From the NCBI GenBank assembly GCA_002633005.1, contig NMRA01000066.1:739136-803135 (forward strand): 64,000 nt of DNA. Direction: 5' to 3'. The notes beneath the pieces were generated by a model. The model had not been told where the DNA came from. It worked only from the letters and a program-made list of their open reading frames with translations, and made no database searches. The DNA is from Phoronis australis (lineage: Eukaryota > Animalia > Phoronida). How positions within the stretch are numbered: position 1 is the first letter of the stretch; every line of letters starts with the position of its first letter. Below are positions 49,009 through 62,799 of the stretch, piece by piece. Position numbers and translations under genes: made by a program.

Positions 49009-52000
49009 CTACAGAGCCGGCGTGCCCTCTTTTGCCTCGTTAGCAAAGCCATACTGCTGTTGTGGGTACTGGTCGACCCCAGGGTAGGCAGGGGGAGCGG
49101 CCTGCGGATTGTACAGGGGCTGCTGTTGATAACCTGCAGCATTTTGTCCTTGAAATACGTATTGCTGCTGAGGATAGGCCGTGGTCGCCGGCAGGTAAGG
49201 CTGGTTAACTGCGCCAGCTGAAATGAGATGGCTTTGTCAATGAGTGTGTTTCTACATCAGGAGAAACCGCTATCTGCCACCTAGTTTTACTTTTTATCAG
49301 TATTATACCTCGGTATTCCTCACTCAAACAACAACTATCTGTATTCAAAAAGTTCCAAGTTCACGCGAGACCTAATCCAACAAATTTAGATCTAATTTTC
49401 ATAACAGGCGAACATTCCACCGCCAGTTTCAAAACACATCTCTTCATTGGACTTAATGTGGACACCGAAAAGCGCCTTGTTTGATATTGTTGCCCTGTAA
49501 ATGTGAGTGAGCGTGGAACAATCATGCAGGCCCTTGGCATTGTTTTTTTTTAAATATAGGAAGTTTCCTTGTCAAAATCCTTTTGTAAAATATGTATTCC
49601 AAGGCAGTAATTAGTATCTAGATACAGTAGAAGCAGTCAGAGTATTATCGTTCGGTAATGAGAGAAAATGTGTTTTATTCCAGCTATTTATCCAATGTCT
49701 ATGCACAGGTTTTGTAATATTGCATCGAAAGGATCATCTCTAAAATGTTGCTCGGTGAGTGCCAATTTCTTAACCGATTGAAGCACTTCGTGATTTTGAA
49801 AACGTAACCACGCTCAAGCGATCACGAATAGTTATAGTCGCCGAATGAGCGGGCCACACAACTGAGATACAACAATGCGTACATGCGCGCCATATTCGAA
49901 TTCGCAATTTTAGGGTCAGGCACACTGGAGCTAGTCGATGATGGTTTAGCTGCTCTTGTTGTTAAGGGCAACCGTAAGGAGTATCAGTAAACCAGTTTTG
50001 TGAGCTTAAATGGCTTAATCCATAATTCATGCTTTGTAAATTTTTACGGAAAACCACTGAAGAATGGAAGTTTGAATTAATATGTGGTGTATGTGGTGCT
50101 ATATTGGTGTTGTGGTCTCTCTCTGGGCTGAAATGCACTTGTACTGGCACTCAAATAAAAATTTTAACTAAGGTGCATTGTTATATCGGCTGGTGGTTCA
50201 ACGGCACCTGTTCAACAATGCTGGTTGAACCGTAAACTCGTAAATGAGGCAGATATTATATATCCTCGGCTCGCCGTTTACATGCATTTTACATAAAATC
50301 AAAACTAAAACAAGCGACTAAATTCTGCCCCATCTGCAATGCTATAATTTTGCACAGTTGAACATAACTCTAACATACTAACCACAGTGATCGAATGCAC
50401 TAAATACAAAGTACACCACAGTGCATGAATCTTTTTGAAACCCCTGCTACACTGTTTAAGAAAAAGGAGTCCATCCCCATCATTTCTAGAAAAATAATCG
50501 ATTTTTTTCAAAAGTCAAATAAACGCATCCAAAACCTATCACTTTTGAAGCAACTGCAGTGACATCTCATCCACAATCCTCTCGAACTGACCTTAAAGTG
50601 ATTTTGGGAGTCTTTAAGGAAGCAAAGAGGCCACGTGGGACCGCGGTGACTCATGCAATTGCCACCTAGCTGAGCCAGAAGTGACATTGTCTTCACAGCG
50701 GTTGGTACAGGGAAAAAAATTTGACTTCGTGAAAAGAGCCGTTTACAGTATATGTGATTATATGAAGCTTGTTTTAAACAAAATTTATAAAATGACGCCT
50801 ATGCTAACTATTGTAATGTAACAAGTACAAATATACAATCTCTCTTTCTCTCTCTTATAAAATGCCTCCATGTCCTCCAAAGGCCACTGGTATCCAGTCC
50901 CACATGACCAGTCGCCAAGTTGCTATTTGGATGTCTCCAGCGCCGTTACTTCCCTTTGGTGTGATATTTTAAAATGAACAAAGGGATAAATTGCGTCGTC
51001 GCATCAATTTTCAAAGACAAACAGGCAAGAAATAATAGTAAACATAAACCTGTTGTGGTGACCGTGGTTATGTTTGGCCCATGGCGCCTGGAGCCACCAG
51101 AGGCCGCCGCGGCACAACAGCAGCAGCAAATGCAGATTGGAACGCCAATCAATAGTCCGAGACCGATAAGTGCACCAATTACGATGCCGATTATCGAACC
51201 AGTAGAAAGATAGTCGTCTGAAATACACGAAAGCGAGTTTTCAAAAGTCAGAGAACGGCTTTTATGCTCCGTGATCTCGTTAATTATTAAGTCGTTAAAT
51301 CAAACATGACCGTAAAGATACTCATTCTTGACTCCGTTAATGCACCATTGGCTTCTCACTTAAATGATACAAGCAGGATTAACTTAAATACACATAGTCA
51401 CTGTGTTACGGAATGGACTTAAATGTTTACCGTAAATAGTGACCTTCAAGTCAACGTTCAGCCCGTTCCTGCAAGTGGTTGTAAGACACGATGTCTTGTC
51501 GACTACGATGTACACGTATCGCTGAGTCGAGTAGTATGTTGACCAACCACCATTATACCTGTCCAGTGTTGCCTAAAATGAAAATGATAAAATTATAATT
51601 TCAAAACAGATGCTTTGTGTATGTTCATGTAGTGTGACACTTGTAAGAGAAATTTGGTGTCAAGAAGAATAATAACAATGGTTACTGGTGTGTCATCTTT
51701 TCTCCAGAACGGACATTAGTAAACACAGATCATGTTGCTCATATCTGAAAAAATCTTCTGGCAATTTGAACTTACATAATAGTTTAATGAGTTTCCAGAA
51801 AGATGATGAAAGATAATGTCATCCAACTTTATAAAATACATCGTCCGCTTCCAAAGTTTTTTTCAGCCTGATAATACATTGAACTGCAGTCACGATAATC
51901 TATGTTTCGTTTCTATTTGTTTATATTCATTCGCCTTTCTATATTCAACCTTCACAGTTATACATCCTTACTTCCTCAATGAAAACCTTCAAAAACCGTG

Positions 52001-55000
52001 GAACTGTAGACCTGTAAATTTGGACGTAACGTTGCTGAGCTAGCGCGGCGCAGGCGTGTGATTTGTTTGCATTTGTTCCGGTGTTGGTTCTTGCTATGGA
52101 ATATAGGACTCAGGTTGGAATGTGTTTTGGTAGCAACGAAGTGAGTTTAAAACTGTTATCACTGGAGACCCTTTTCAAAAAACGTTCATCTATATTAATG
52201 TTATATTTTTTATATCTAATGGCCCCAAACAATTGTAGAACGGAGGATCATCAGCTTGCGATTTCGCGATTCGGGAAGCCGGCCGAGGTTACTTTCACTG
52301 CCTAGCTGTTACGCGTAACGTAAAGCTGTCTAGACAAAGTATAATAATTTCGAAAGCTTACAATCATATTAAAATATATCCACATGATGACACACCACTT
52401 GAACGCTAATACAGCCCAGGGAATGTTTCAGAAACCGTTGAAATGTCGCTGTTCCACAAATAAAATATTCAATTTGCAGCTTGTAAGTTTTGACAATTTT
52501 TCATTAATTTTTTACAAAATTGGAGTGGAAATTATAGCGAGAGATGAATAAAACAACGACCATTGATGTCAACAAGTATGTCAACTGTATTCGGGGAAGA
52601 CAAATACAAGAACAGGACTGAGGTCAAAGATTAATCCACAATTGGTTTGCTAAAGTCCTCGGTTGATTGTTTTTACCGTATATGCAACACTTGGTATGAT
52701 TTTCACTTTGACAATAATACCATGTTAACATAAGCCAAGAAATGATTACCACCATCACTGTTAATACCGATGCGAAATTTGCTGACACGGGTTTTTGATG
52801 GGCAAAAATGGGCAAACATCTATTGCATAGCTTTTGAATATACTGCGAATAGCTCACTGCATGTATATTGGTTGCAGTGTAGATCTTTTCATAGATGTTT
52901 AGTTGAAAAGTCATTTCTTCAGAAAGTAGATTTAGTGATCCTGATATATGAAGGGTGAGTTACCGTAAGCAATAGACATCGGGGCATATCTTACGAAAAT
53001 GGTGTTACTAATAAAGAAAGTGAACTCTGGAAAATAACCAATTCATAGCTGAGAGTCTTTGATATTTTGAGCACGTGTTGCATAGTGGTCACGGTCAATG
53101 TTTGAGAATAAAAAATTGGACACCTGGATTAAAGAGGACCCTCCCGATAAAAAGCGGGTACTAACGTATTGATGTGACCGTAAGATCGGGAATTGGTGGA
53201 TACGCTTTTGGTCCCCTTAAAATGGTCTACAGCTCAAGAAATTTCAGGTCTAAGCTTTTAACTAATTGTTATAATTTTGTCATGCATTTATTATGTATTT
53301 GTTAGACAAATGGACACTTGCCCCGAAGTTGAGGTACAGTATCAACTAGATACTCTAAAATAAGTTTCTTACCAGTGTACTAGAGTAGGAATACGATCCA
53401 TCGAGAATTTTAACTTTTATGTTGCTGTTGTCGAATGTTGATCTTTCCGCTTCAATTTTCAGTTTGCTCCCGTATTCTGAAAGAGTGAACAGAAGGCAAA
53501 CGTGATGGATGGACGTTGCGTGGAAAACGTAAACAAGCATTTGCCACAGGGTGTTGCACCGTAAAAAAATTTTTGGATAAGCCCGATGATTATTTTTAAA
53601 GATTACCAATGATTATCGTTGCAACTGAAATATTTAATATGGGTTTAAACCCGGTTTCAGAATGCTAACACTGAGATCTACACTGTGTCCAGCGTTCCGT
53701 TGCATGGACACGTCACAAGTACAGAAAGTCAACAAAGTGTATGTATGTTAATATTTAAAAATTTGTAACCAAATATTGATCAGGTCTTTTTCAATATAGT
53801 ACTCGGATATACTATTTGGAAAAATCAAAATCACTTAACAAAGATGTTAAATCGACAGGCATGACTAATGTTTTTCCGAGGAAATTGATTATTGCGGCAA
53901 TATACATGTAGGTCATAGACAACAGATTTGCGACTTCGCTCCTTCACTGTGATGCAAGGCCAAAGGAAACGGGGGACAGAGGGGCACGAGCCTCCAAAAA
54001 CATTGCAGGCGTTAGGGTTAAACAGTGCCAACCAACGTAGGCGTGAGGCCGTGGACAAAAAGAAAAAAAAACAGCAAAATACGGAAGAGACAATTCAAGA
54101 GAACATTTGACATGTTTATGTATCTACGAAAATCGACTGATTATTTTTTATTTGGCAATGACGATGCCTCGGAGAACTTAGCTGCAGGCAGACTTTGGGA
54201 AAATTCAATCTATCATCAGATACCCAAATAGCAAAGTGAACTAAATTATTTTCGTCTACCTGAAATCAGTCTCAAAGATATTGATAAATGTCAGACAGGT
54301 CTACAAAATGTGCCAAAATGTTCTCACAAATCAAATGACAATGAATTGTTTATCGAACTAGAATAATGGTTTAAATTCACAAATTGTATATCGAAAAAAG
54401 TTTTAAGCTCACCGCTCATTAACTTGGAAAGGTTGTCTTTAATTACTCCTCCTTGATTTTTTACATGTAGTTTCCAGTAGTATTGTGCAGATAATTTTTG
54501 TTCGTAAAAACTGAATCGTTTGCTTGCCATTCCCGTGCATACTACACAAATGAAGCACGTCATGACTAAAGCACCCACGATAAAAATAAGATTTAACCAT
54601 GCAGTAAGCCAGCGCAAAATCTTAGTGATCCACGGGAACTGAATTTGAATTCCAGGCGATGAAGTGTGTACATGTTTGAGACATAATCTGTATCATTTTC
54701 CCCAGCCACCAGAAACTGGACGACGGACTGTATTTCAACAAGGGATTTTGAAACATCCCTAAAGGCACTATACTTGGGACCTCGGGACCTTACCTTTTCA
54801 AATATTCCTCAAAGAGTGACTATGATAAAGTGAAGTTCACCCGAAACTGGATCACAATAAAACGTATCTTTACCTTAGCTGCGCAGCGACGAGCTTTAAT
54901 TCATCGAATTTTGTATTTTCACTCTGCCAGTAGATCTCAGCTACGGTTACTTGACGCAGGTCCCAGCTGCATGTCAGTGCGATAGCCTTAGGCCAGTTCT

Positions 55001-57835
55001 TACTCTTTGTCAACTTTACTGGTTCGCAGTAACTCAACTCCTGATGGCTGCATCCCCGGGATTGCCGCCCCCCCACCCATGGCGGACGTGAGAGATTAGG
55101 TACAAATGTGGCGCCATCTACAGCCGGGTTGGGGGTTGAGGTGGAGATGGTGGTAGCGGGAGGGTAGTTTGGCGAAGACTAATTGGTTCCCCCCCCCCCC
55201 CTCCCCAGTAATTTTCGCCTTCCTACAGGCTTGTATATTTCCAGAGGAAGCACCATACTCTTGCAATATACAGTGTACATGTCTGCTTCCAGTTGGTGAG
55301 CAGACGACTTCCCGGCCGGAATTTAGCCATGTCATCACACAAGGGCAGGTAATGAGTAGTGACGTAGGGGCAAATTGTGAGAACATTGCTGGTTGTGGCT
55401 TGTGCCTAAGATCACCGATCTTTATGCACAGAGTTGGCGGCTCCTATTGGCAATAAACATGTCTTATCTCAATAGCGTTTTGTCTTTCATGGAGGTACTA
55501 TGGGGCATTGTGAAATAGCCCGTGATAGCGGCCGTTTAGTGAGAAATCACAAAGACAGAGATAAGCATATTTTTATACCGTGGACAGAATACAGTACCTG
55601 CGTAAAGTTTTATTGCACACCTATCGTTTGGAGATATGACATCGGTATGCGCCCGTCCCATGTAGACGTGTACGGTCTCCCAGTCTTCAACTTCGTAGCT
55701 GCTCACACTGATGCATTCGATTACGGAATCGAGTTCGTCTGAAAAATTCTCATCTGCTACAGACGTTGATCAATGAGACTTTCAGTTGAGCTGCACAAGA
55801 ACATGCGCATGTGGCAACCAGGCAGCAGGAAGTAAAGTAAGGTTGAGCAGAACTTTGTCGTCATGTCTAAGCAGTTAGTCAAACATTTACAAACAAAGCG
55901 AATTAAGAGGCAGCCTATATAAAAAACCAGTAGATTTTCAAAGATCAGTCAATACGTCAAAAATGAACAACAACGTTTTTTACATGGAGGTATCCTAGAA
56001 AAATCTAAAGGTCACATTTTGTGGGCTCAGTGACCAAATTTCAAAGTTCGCCACTGAAGCACTAGACTGCAATTGGCCAAATTGTTCGTTTCCAAAACTG
56101 TGTGTTTTCAGCATCGAAAATAACTAACTTGCAAGACAGATTGAAAGATGGACATTAGTGGCTGGAATAACCATGCATACTGAAAATAATTATTTGGCAT
56201 TTAGTCAAAATTTGACTGATTTGCGCTAGACAGGAGAGATAATCCGCAGAAAAGTGGCCATTTTGTGACCTCCTTACTGCCATATTGCACCTTGACGCTT
56301 TATGTAACATACAGCTGAAGAGAAAATCTTAATTGCTGACCAAAAATATTTTGCCTCAGCTTTACACTAGTGAAAATTGTCTTGCAAAACTGTCGATTTT
56401 GGAAATGATGAACAAAGTTTAAAGACACATTGAACGAAATGTACTTCCCAAGAGTGTCAAGATACCGCCCCATTACTGTTGGACCAATAAGACGTTGTCA
56501 TTTGGTCAGCAATGACCTATGCCTCGATGTCAGTCAGTTTACACCCCAACTGACATGATATTTGACTAACCTAAAAGGTCATTAACCATCCCACTTTGCA
56601 TTTGACGAATAAGGGATAAATTACATTAACTCATATCAATTAAATGATTCATAATCCACCTCTGTGGAATGTAGCGTCCAGCAAAATGCAACAGTGGCTT
56701 CTGCGTTAGAATAGCATGCAATGTCAAATTGTTATAAACGAAAGGCTATCCAAATAAACGAGGCACGAGGACTGGATGACTGTGACCTTGGAGTCACGGT
56801 GATTTTCACAGTACTGTGCCAACAGTTGTAGGTTCTATTTGATTGACCACTGAAGATGTACCAGTAGGTATTACAGTCTTTCTCAGTGGAGATAGGCTAT
56901 TGTGTAAGTTGTGTTTTTATACGACGCAGTGCTGGCCATTTTTATATTTTTCTTTGTGTCAAATGCCCAGTGACGACAGGGTATGCTTCAAGTTGTTTTT
57001 TTTTGAGAAAGTGGTGGCGTGTTATTGTTTGTTCTTTGAAGTACTAAAAACTAAATTGCTGTAAAACGCATTAAAATGGTCAGTGAAAGAATTCTTTTAA
57101 TGAATTTTACCGACCACAGCATCATTTTAACGCGTTTTACCGTGTTTTTCTGTTTAATTACTACCTTACGTCGGTAACAGCCTTCATACAGGGAAATGAG
57201 TGTAGGGATTTGGGAGAACACTAAAACATGTCGTGCGTTTGAACATAAAACATTAAGTAGAGATGCCTTTAATAAAGGGAGGCATGACATTTGACTTAGA
57301 GGATTACCATAACAATACTTCCTTGTTTCTTTCCAAGGTATGTTTGAAGGAATGTATAACACAGTATAAGAAATTGCTGAGCAATACGAGTGTTTTTAGA
57401 TTTGTGTAGGAATAGCAGTTTCACTTCCAACAGCAATCAATCGAGCAAAAGATAAGAATGTGGTGGTAATATCAGGTGTCCCAAAAGCATTCAGCTGATA
57501 TAGGAACTCTCAGATGTCTGAATAAAAATTGGATCAAAGTAGTCTTATGCTATTTCCATTGAGAACGTGAATTGTGTAAGAAAAGCTATCAACATTCTGT
57601 AATATCGTGGCACGTCCTTCGGGACTATTGGTAAAGAGGATGTTTTCTGTTTGTCATCGATGCAAATACACGTAGTGTGGAGTACTTTGTGATGGCACTT
57701 AAGTACTGATTGTTTTTAGTTGTGACTAATACAAACACCAGCACCAAAATCCGCAACTTATTCACAACACTTACAGTTGATTGCACTTGCTGCATAAGCC
57801 AGCGCCATCATGGCGGCCAAAGCAAGGTTCCTCAT
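49009..57835 (-). CDS. Type I membrane protein paralogue B, 274 aa; exons 57835-57775, 55738-55598, 53476-53373, 51572-51431, 51217-51050, 49217-49009
   Basis: Same splice phases as A; 825 nt. Protein: MRNLALAAMMALAYAASAINYELDSVIECISVSSYEVEDWETVHVYMGRAHT...RCAIKLYAEYGSKLKIEAE...KILDGSYSYSSTLATLDRYNGGW...IGVPICICCCCC...PQAAPPAYPG...GTPAL*. Confidence 0.92.
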
Positions 57836-60800
57836 AGCGAATTATGGATGCGTTCTGATGATCTTCAATTGCTGTACAGTGGAGGTTTTTCTGAAAGTTG
57901 TGTTTTATTTTGTTTAATATTTATCTTTCAACAGTAATGACATTCACATCAGCAAGAACAACAACAACTAGAAGACGTGGATATTGAAGTACAGGCTGAC
58001 GGTTTCACATTCCGAAGGGGTCGCACACGGTCTATGTCACACCAACATTCGCCAAATTTTCACTATACGCTACAAAGAAGCCACATCACAAATTTCTAAT
58101 CATTTTGAGTGAGATAGGCTTGTAGCACTAGCGCTGATCAAGATTTAAGAGGACGCCATTGTCCACATCATAGTTGACTCCGAGCATACCATCTCATTGT
58201 TTCCCAAAACTGTGAAGACAATAATCAATGATAAGTTTATGACATGTCGTTGTGACACTCAGCTAACTTGTCTGTGTCGTTCACCCTACACCGCTACAGT
58301 GTGTTGTCGGTCACCAATGTCCAATAGTGTTATCGGACGACCTGTGTTTATCGTTTAACCTATGGTCGGAACTCCCTGCTTTTAATCTATCCCAAACGAA
58401 TTGAACAAAATGAAGCTTTTGATAGATAGCTTGGGTTCGACTTACACACCTATATGTTTCAGTATTACCAAGATTATGTTATGAATGTGGACCGGGAGGC
58501 AGTTCTTCAATGGGTTGTTTAATTCAAATCATCAGCGACTATGTGACCTGCGCAGACGTAACTTTATCTCAAAAATACGTTCAATGTTCACTGAATGGTG
58601 TTTGGCAAAGCAGGGAGAGTATGAAGCGCCAAAGTGCTCTTAAATGAATATCTTTGTTGGCGTTGAAATTCGCCTAAGCGTACCTTTTTAACGCACTGAA
58701 TTATTTATTTGTTATGTCCAACCAAAAACAAGTTTATATTCAGTACGTAACGGCGCCATCATTTACGTGGCCACTTGATAAGAATCTGCAACAGTCTTCA
58801 AAATTTGCCTTGTACCCTGAGGAAAGGGACTCGGAGACTTTTGCCGTTTTGGATTTTGAGATAACGGGCATGATTTTACTATATGAACTGATTAAAAGCA
58901 GAGATTGAATAAGCAATAGCGGCGTTGATTTAGTATAAATACGCGTTAATTAAGCATACACTGTAAGTGACCGTTGAATAAGAGCAGCATGGTGATTGTT
59001 TAAAAACTAATTCAGCGCATTGATTAAGCAAAACTGTGCGTTAAGCAAAGCTGCGCTTTAATTAAGCACACTTCAACGCGCAGAAAGCTACTCGTTTAAA
59101 ATCACTTTGGCGCTTTATATGAAACCGTTCCGCCGACACGAGGCACTTGCGAGTGAAAATAGTGTGATCACGTGCATCGGTGGTAATGCTAACCGAGATA
59201 TCTCACGAAGACTTCCTTGGTTTCACTTTTTGTGGGTGTTTCGTGTCTACGGAAAGCAGCCCCAACACGACTGGCAGCCGCTGGTGTGGATGGGTTAACA
59301 CGTAGGTTACCCTCTAGTACATATCCGCTAATGCCCATACATTGGAATTGACATTATAAAATGAGGGCAGAATATGACACAAATAATCTAGATAACTGAT
59401 AGTGCCTGAAATCGAGAACTGTCGAGTTTATTTGACTCGCAGATTATATACATTCAGAAGTTCAGTGAAGAGATAAAGTTGAAATAGTGGTGACATCGGT
59501 TTTAGTGGATGATGACATCATAGTACATTGAGACTTGAATTCGTATGTAGCCGTATGAATAATTACCACATTATCAGACTTTCTACAGGTATCCATTTTT
59601 TCTTAATTAGTCGTAACCAAAGTTCTAATGATGACATCCTTTTCTATTTTGTACTATGCAAGAACGACAACCATTGCATACAAGGGGGCCTGGACTTCAA
59701 GCTGGCTTTCTACATGTATACAGTGTAATTTAATAATGTCAGCTCCCACTTTCCCGAAGATGATCTGCCAAGCTTAAACTAAGAATAGGTCCTGTTTTTT
59801 GGTGTTACGCAATTGTTCACTAACCTCTACAACTTCTGTATAACAGCGCACTCCTAAAAATGACAAAGGTGTGCAGTGTTTTGTACAAAATATACAGATC
59901 AGTCGGCAACTTATGCTTATTTCGTATAGGAAGCAAAATACTGAGGATTATGTGGGAAAGTCTTATTTGAAGCCATTTGAAATTGGTGTCACTAGGCAAT
60001 GGAGAGTTTATTCAGTAGAAACTTCTCCATTATTCGCCTGAAACAACTGCATTAAGAAAATAGTCTCACTTACTTCAAACGAATTGTTTGATGTAAATAA
60101 GTTAAAAACTTATTATTAGTATTAGTGTTCTCGCTTTTGCGTATACACTAAAACAGTTATACACTCTGGGCCGTGAGGAAGTATGATTTTGAACGAATCC
60201 ACATTTTTAAGTAATTTACGAACAACACACCTCACGCCCACGAATACCATGGTGGAAATAATCGGTAATGAACAAAAACGTACTCGTAAAATATCAAGTC
60301 ACCATTAAAATCTAACAGACCATAAACACATACACTGCCCTTGGCATACCAATCTTCGTAAAGTGTGAACTTCTTGTTAACAGCAATTTTGAAATTAAAC
60401 CAAATTTAGTGGTAGGGACTCATTGCTTTGTTAACAGTGAAACGCCTGCCAATTCTTCAACATTTCAAAAATTTTCTTTCCAAAATTGATTATGGACTGA
60501 GGAAGCTAATAAACGACGATGGGCTTTACCACGTTCATAACAGTAAACAACTTTTTGAAATTAATGTCATTTTAATTTTGCTGTTATGTTAAAACTTATG
60601 GACTACTAACAGAAAAACAAGAATTTTAAGTTACAAATATAACGTTAACTCAACGTGACAGTAATTCTTGCATGAAACTAAGACTTCTACGTTGTCTTGG
60701 AAACTTAAATTTAACGTCGTTACTACCTCAAGTAAAACCCGGAATAATGAAATGTTTGGGGATTGAAGGAATGGTCGTCTTGCAGTAATAATGCCCGCAG

Positions 60801-61010
60801 AACATGTACTTCGCTCGCTACGTGAAAAATAACCCGTCTTGCTTAGCCGCCATTTTGAATTGTGAAACACATTTCATGTTTTTGCTACCTCTAAAGCCTT
60901 GGTCAGTAGCAGTAACGAGACCTAATTACAGAAACAGGATACATTGCAGTAACATATTTCGACACTTGAATCTATGTTTGAACTGTTCAGACATTGCAAA
61001 AAGTTCTCAC

Positions 61011-61275
61011 CTTGGTTTTCTCTGTTTACTCCTTGTCGTTCGCCAGTACTCACTGCGGTTGTCTAGTCATAAGGGAATGACATGCATGGCGTCCATTCCG
61101 TAGAGGCTAGAGTTTTGCTAAACACCAAGTACACGCAAGACCTCGCGATATATCGTCGTGTATTACATACAAAGCACGTGATGACACTAGGTTTCTTTGC
61201 GAGATTCTTGCGTCTACGGAACTCGACCCAAAATTATGACCTTGTACTTTGGGTCACTCGGCACAATTCGTAATC
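61011..61275 (-). promoter_or_regulatory. Probable non-coding first exon and promoter of paralogue B
   Basis: Donor at 61011 (CCAAG|GTGAG). Block homologous to 41548-41820, including CACGTGATGACAC. Confidence 0.6.
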
Positions 61276-61434
61276 GATGATTGTTTACTTAGAATTTAAA
61301 CAATCCAACTCTATCTTAACCATAAAATCTAAACTGCCTGTATCTTGCAGGGAAGTTTACCCGTATCGCAAAGCGTGGAGCACTAACTTACAATGCCTTA
61401 ACTCATGAATATTGGCGGAGGCGCGTGCTCTAGC

Positions 61435-62799
61435 TGATACGCCGTAAAAAATGTAACAAGTTACATCATTGTTCAAATCACTGTTAAGCCACTTTCAATG
61501 AAACCTAGTTCAAATCACTTTGTTTAATCACTGACAGTGTTTTTCTAAGAATTTCTGGGGCCCGTTCTACATAGCTGCAAGTTGTCCATTACCAGCTACC
61601 CTAATGACCCAGTGACTGCAGCCGACTAATCGTTAGTTCTCGGAAAATCTCTGCCTCCAGAGTTCAACTTAACGCAAATTTGAACTTACAAATCATCGTG
61701 GAACAATCCCCAGTTCTTTGACAAGGCATATTTTCAACAAGAGACAAAAATGACTACACGGTGGGTATCCTCATATTTAGATGAAAGTCACGAGTAAAAC
61801 TGTGCCGTCTGAATCAAGTTCATTTCTTCTTAGCAAACTACAGGTGGATATAGTTATATTTACAAACAATACAGTGTTTGCCGATAGGTCAGAAATAAAC
61901 AATTTTTGAAGTTGTTGCACTTCCAAACAAGATTTTAAATCTCAACCTCCTCGTTTCAGAGAAGTATGCCTACTCTGCATCAACAGCTGTCCAGAAGTGC
62001 CTCACAATATCGTTAAGGCTGAACATGGGAACCCCTGTACTTTGGAACAGCACTCGCAGTCCACTATGGAAAGCCCGATGAAAACATTGAACTATCACTT
62101 TACTAAACATGGATTGTGTCCTCATTAAATAAATTTTAAAATATTCACAATAACAACAATAACGATAACGATAACGAGTAACATAAGTGATAGTAGTAAT
62201 AGCAGTAACAGTAATAGTAAATTGAATAACAGTAGTAATAGTAATGTAATACTAATGAAAATGATAATAGGTAGCCCCATGTCGTGTCAGCCCGGAGCAT
62301 TCTGTAGAAGAGGTATACGAAAAATGCCGCCCAAAAGGGTGTTTTTTTAACAGAAAAAATAGTCTCCAAAATGGTGGTATATTCAACAAAATTATACAGT
62401 ATCTCATAGGTGCCGTTCCTGAATTTCTGGAACAAAGGTGTGCGAAAATGTGGATTTTTACACAAATTAGACGGTCTCTAAATGGGTCACTTTTTGTCCG
62501 AGCCCACTCTCTAAACGGGTACCTATTTAAAATTTTCGGGCGGCACCTCTCGTACAAAAATACTTCAGTACCCCCTGGTCGTTCAGATACCACTTGTTCG
62601 TGATTTTGGTCACTTTCCTTCTAATATGACATGGGTTTCGTAAAATGTAATAATGGTACATTTCTCGCATGTGCGTTCGACGTGAAATGTAACAATTATG
62701 TAAAATGTAACATTTCAAGAGCAACGTAAAATGTAACAATGACGTAAAATGTAACAGTTGTTACATTTTACGAAATTTTTTACATTTTTCGGCGTATCA
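61435..62799. mobile_element. Second member of the TGATAC...GTATCA TIR family, in opposite orientation
   Basis: Ends TGATACGCCGTAAAAAATGTAAC / TACATTTTTCGGCGTATCA. 62050-62799 is the reverse complement of ~24950-25810, including the AAT/AGT microsatellite-like tract. Confidence 0.8.

Noticed and set aside
62145-62465. Tyr/Cys-rich 106-aa ORF
   Set aside because: Translation of an AAT/AGT microsatellite-like tract inside a TIR element.
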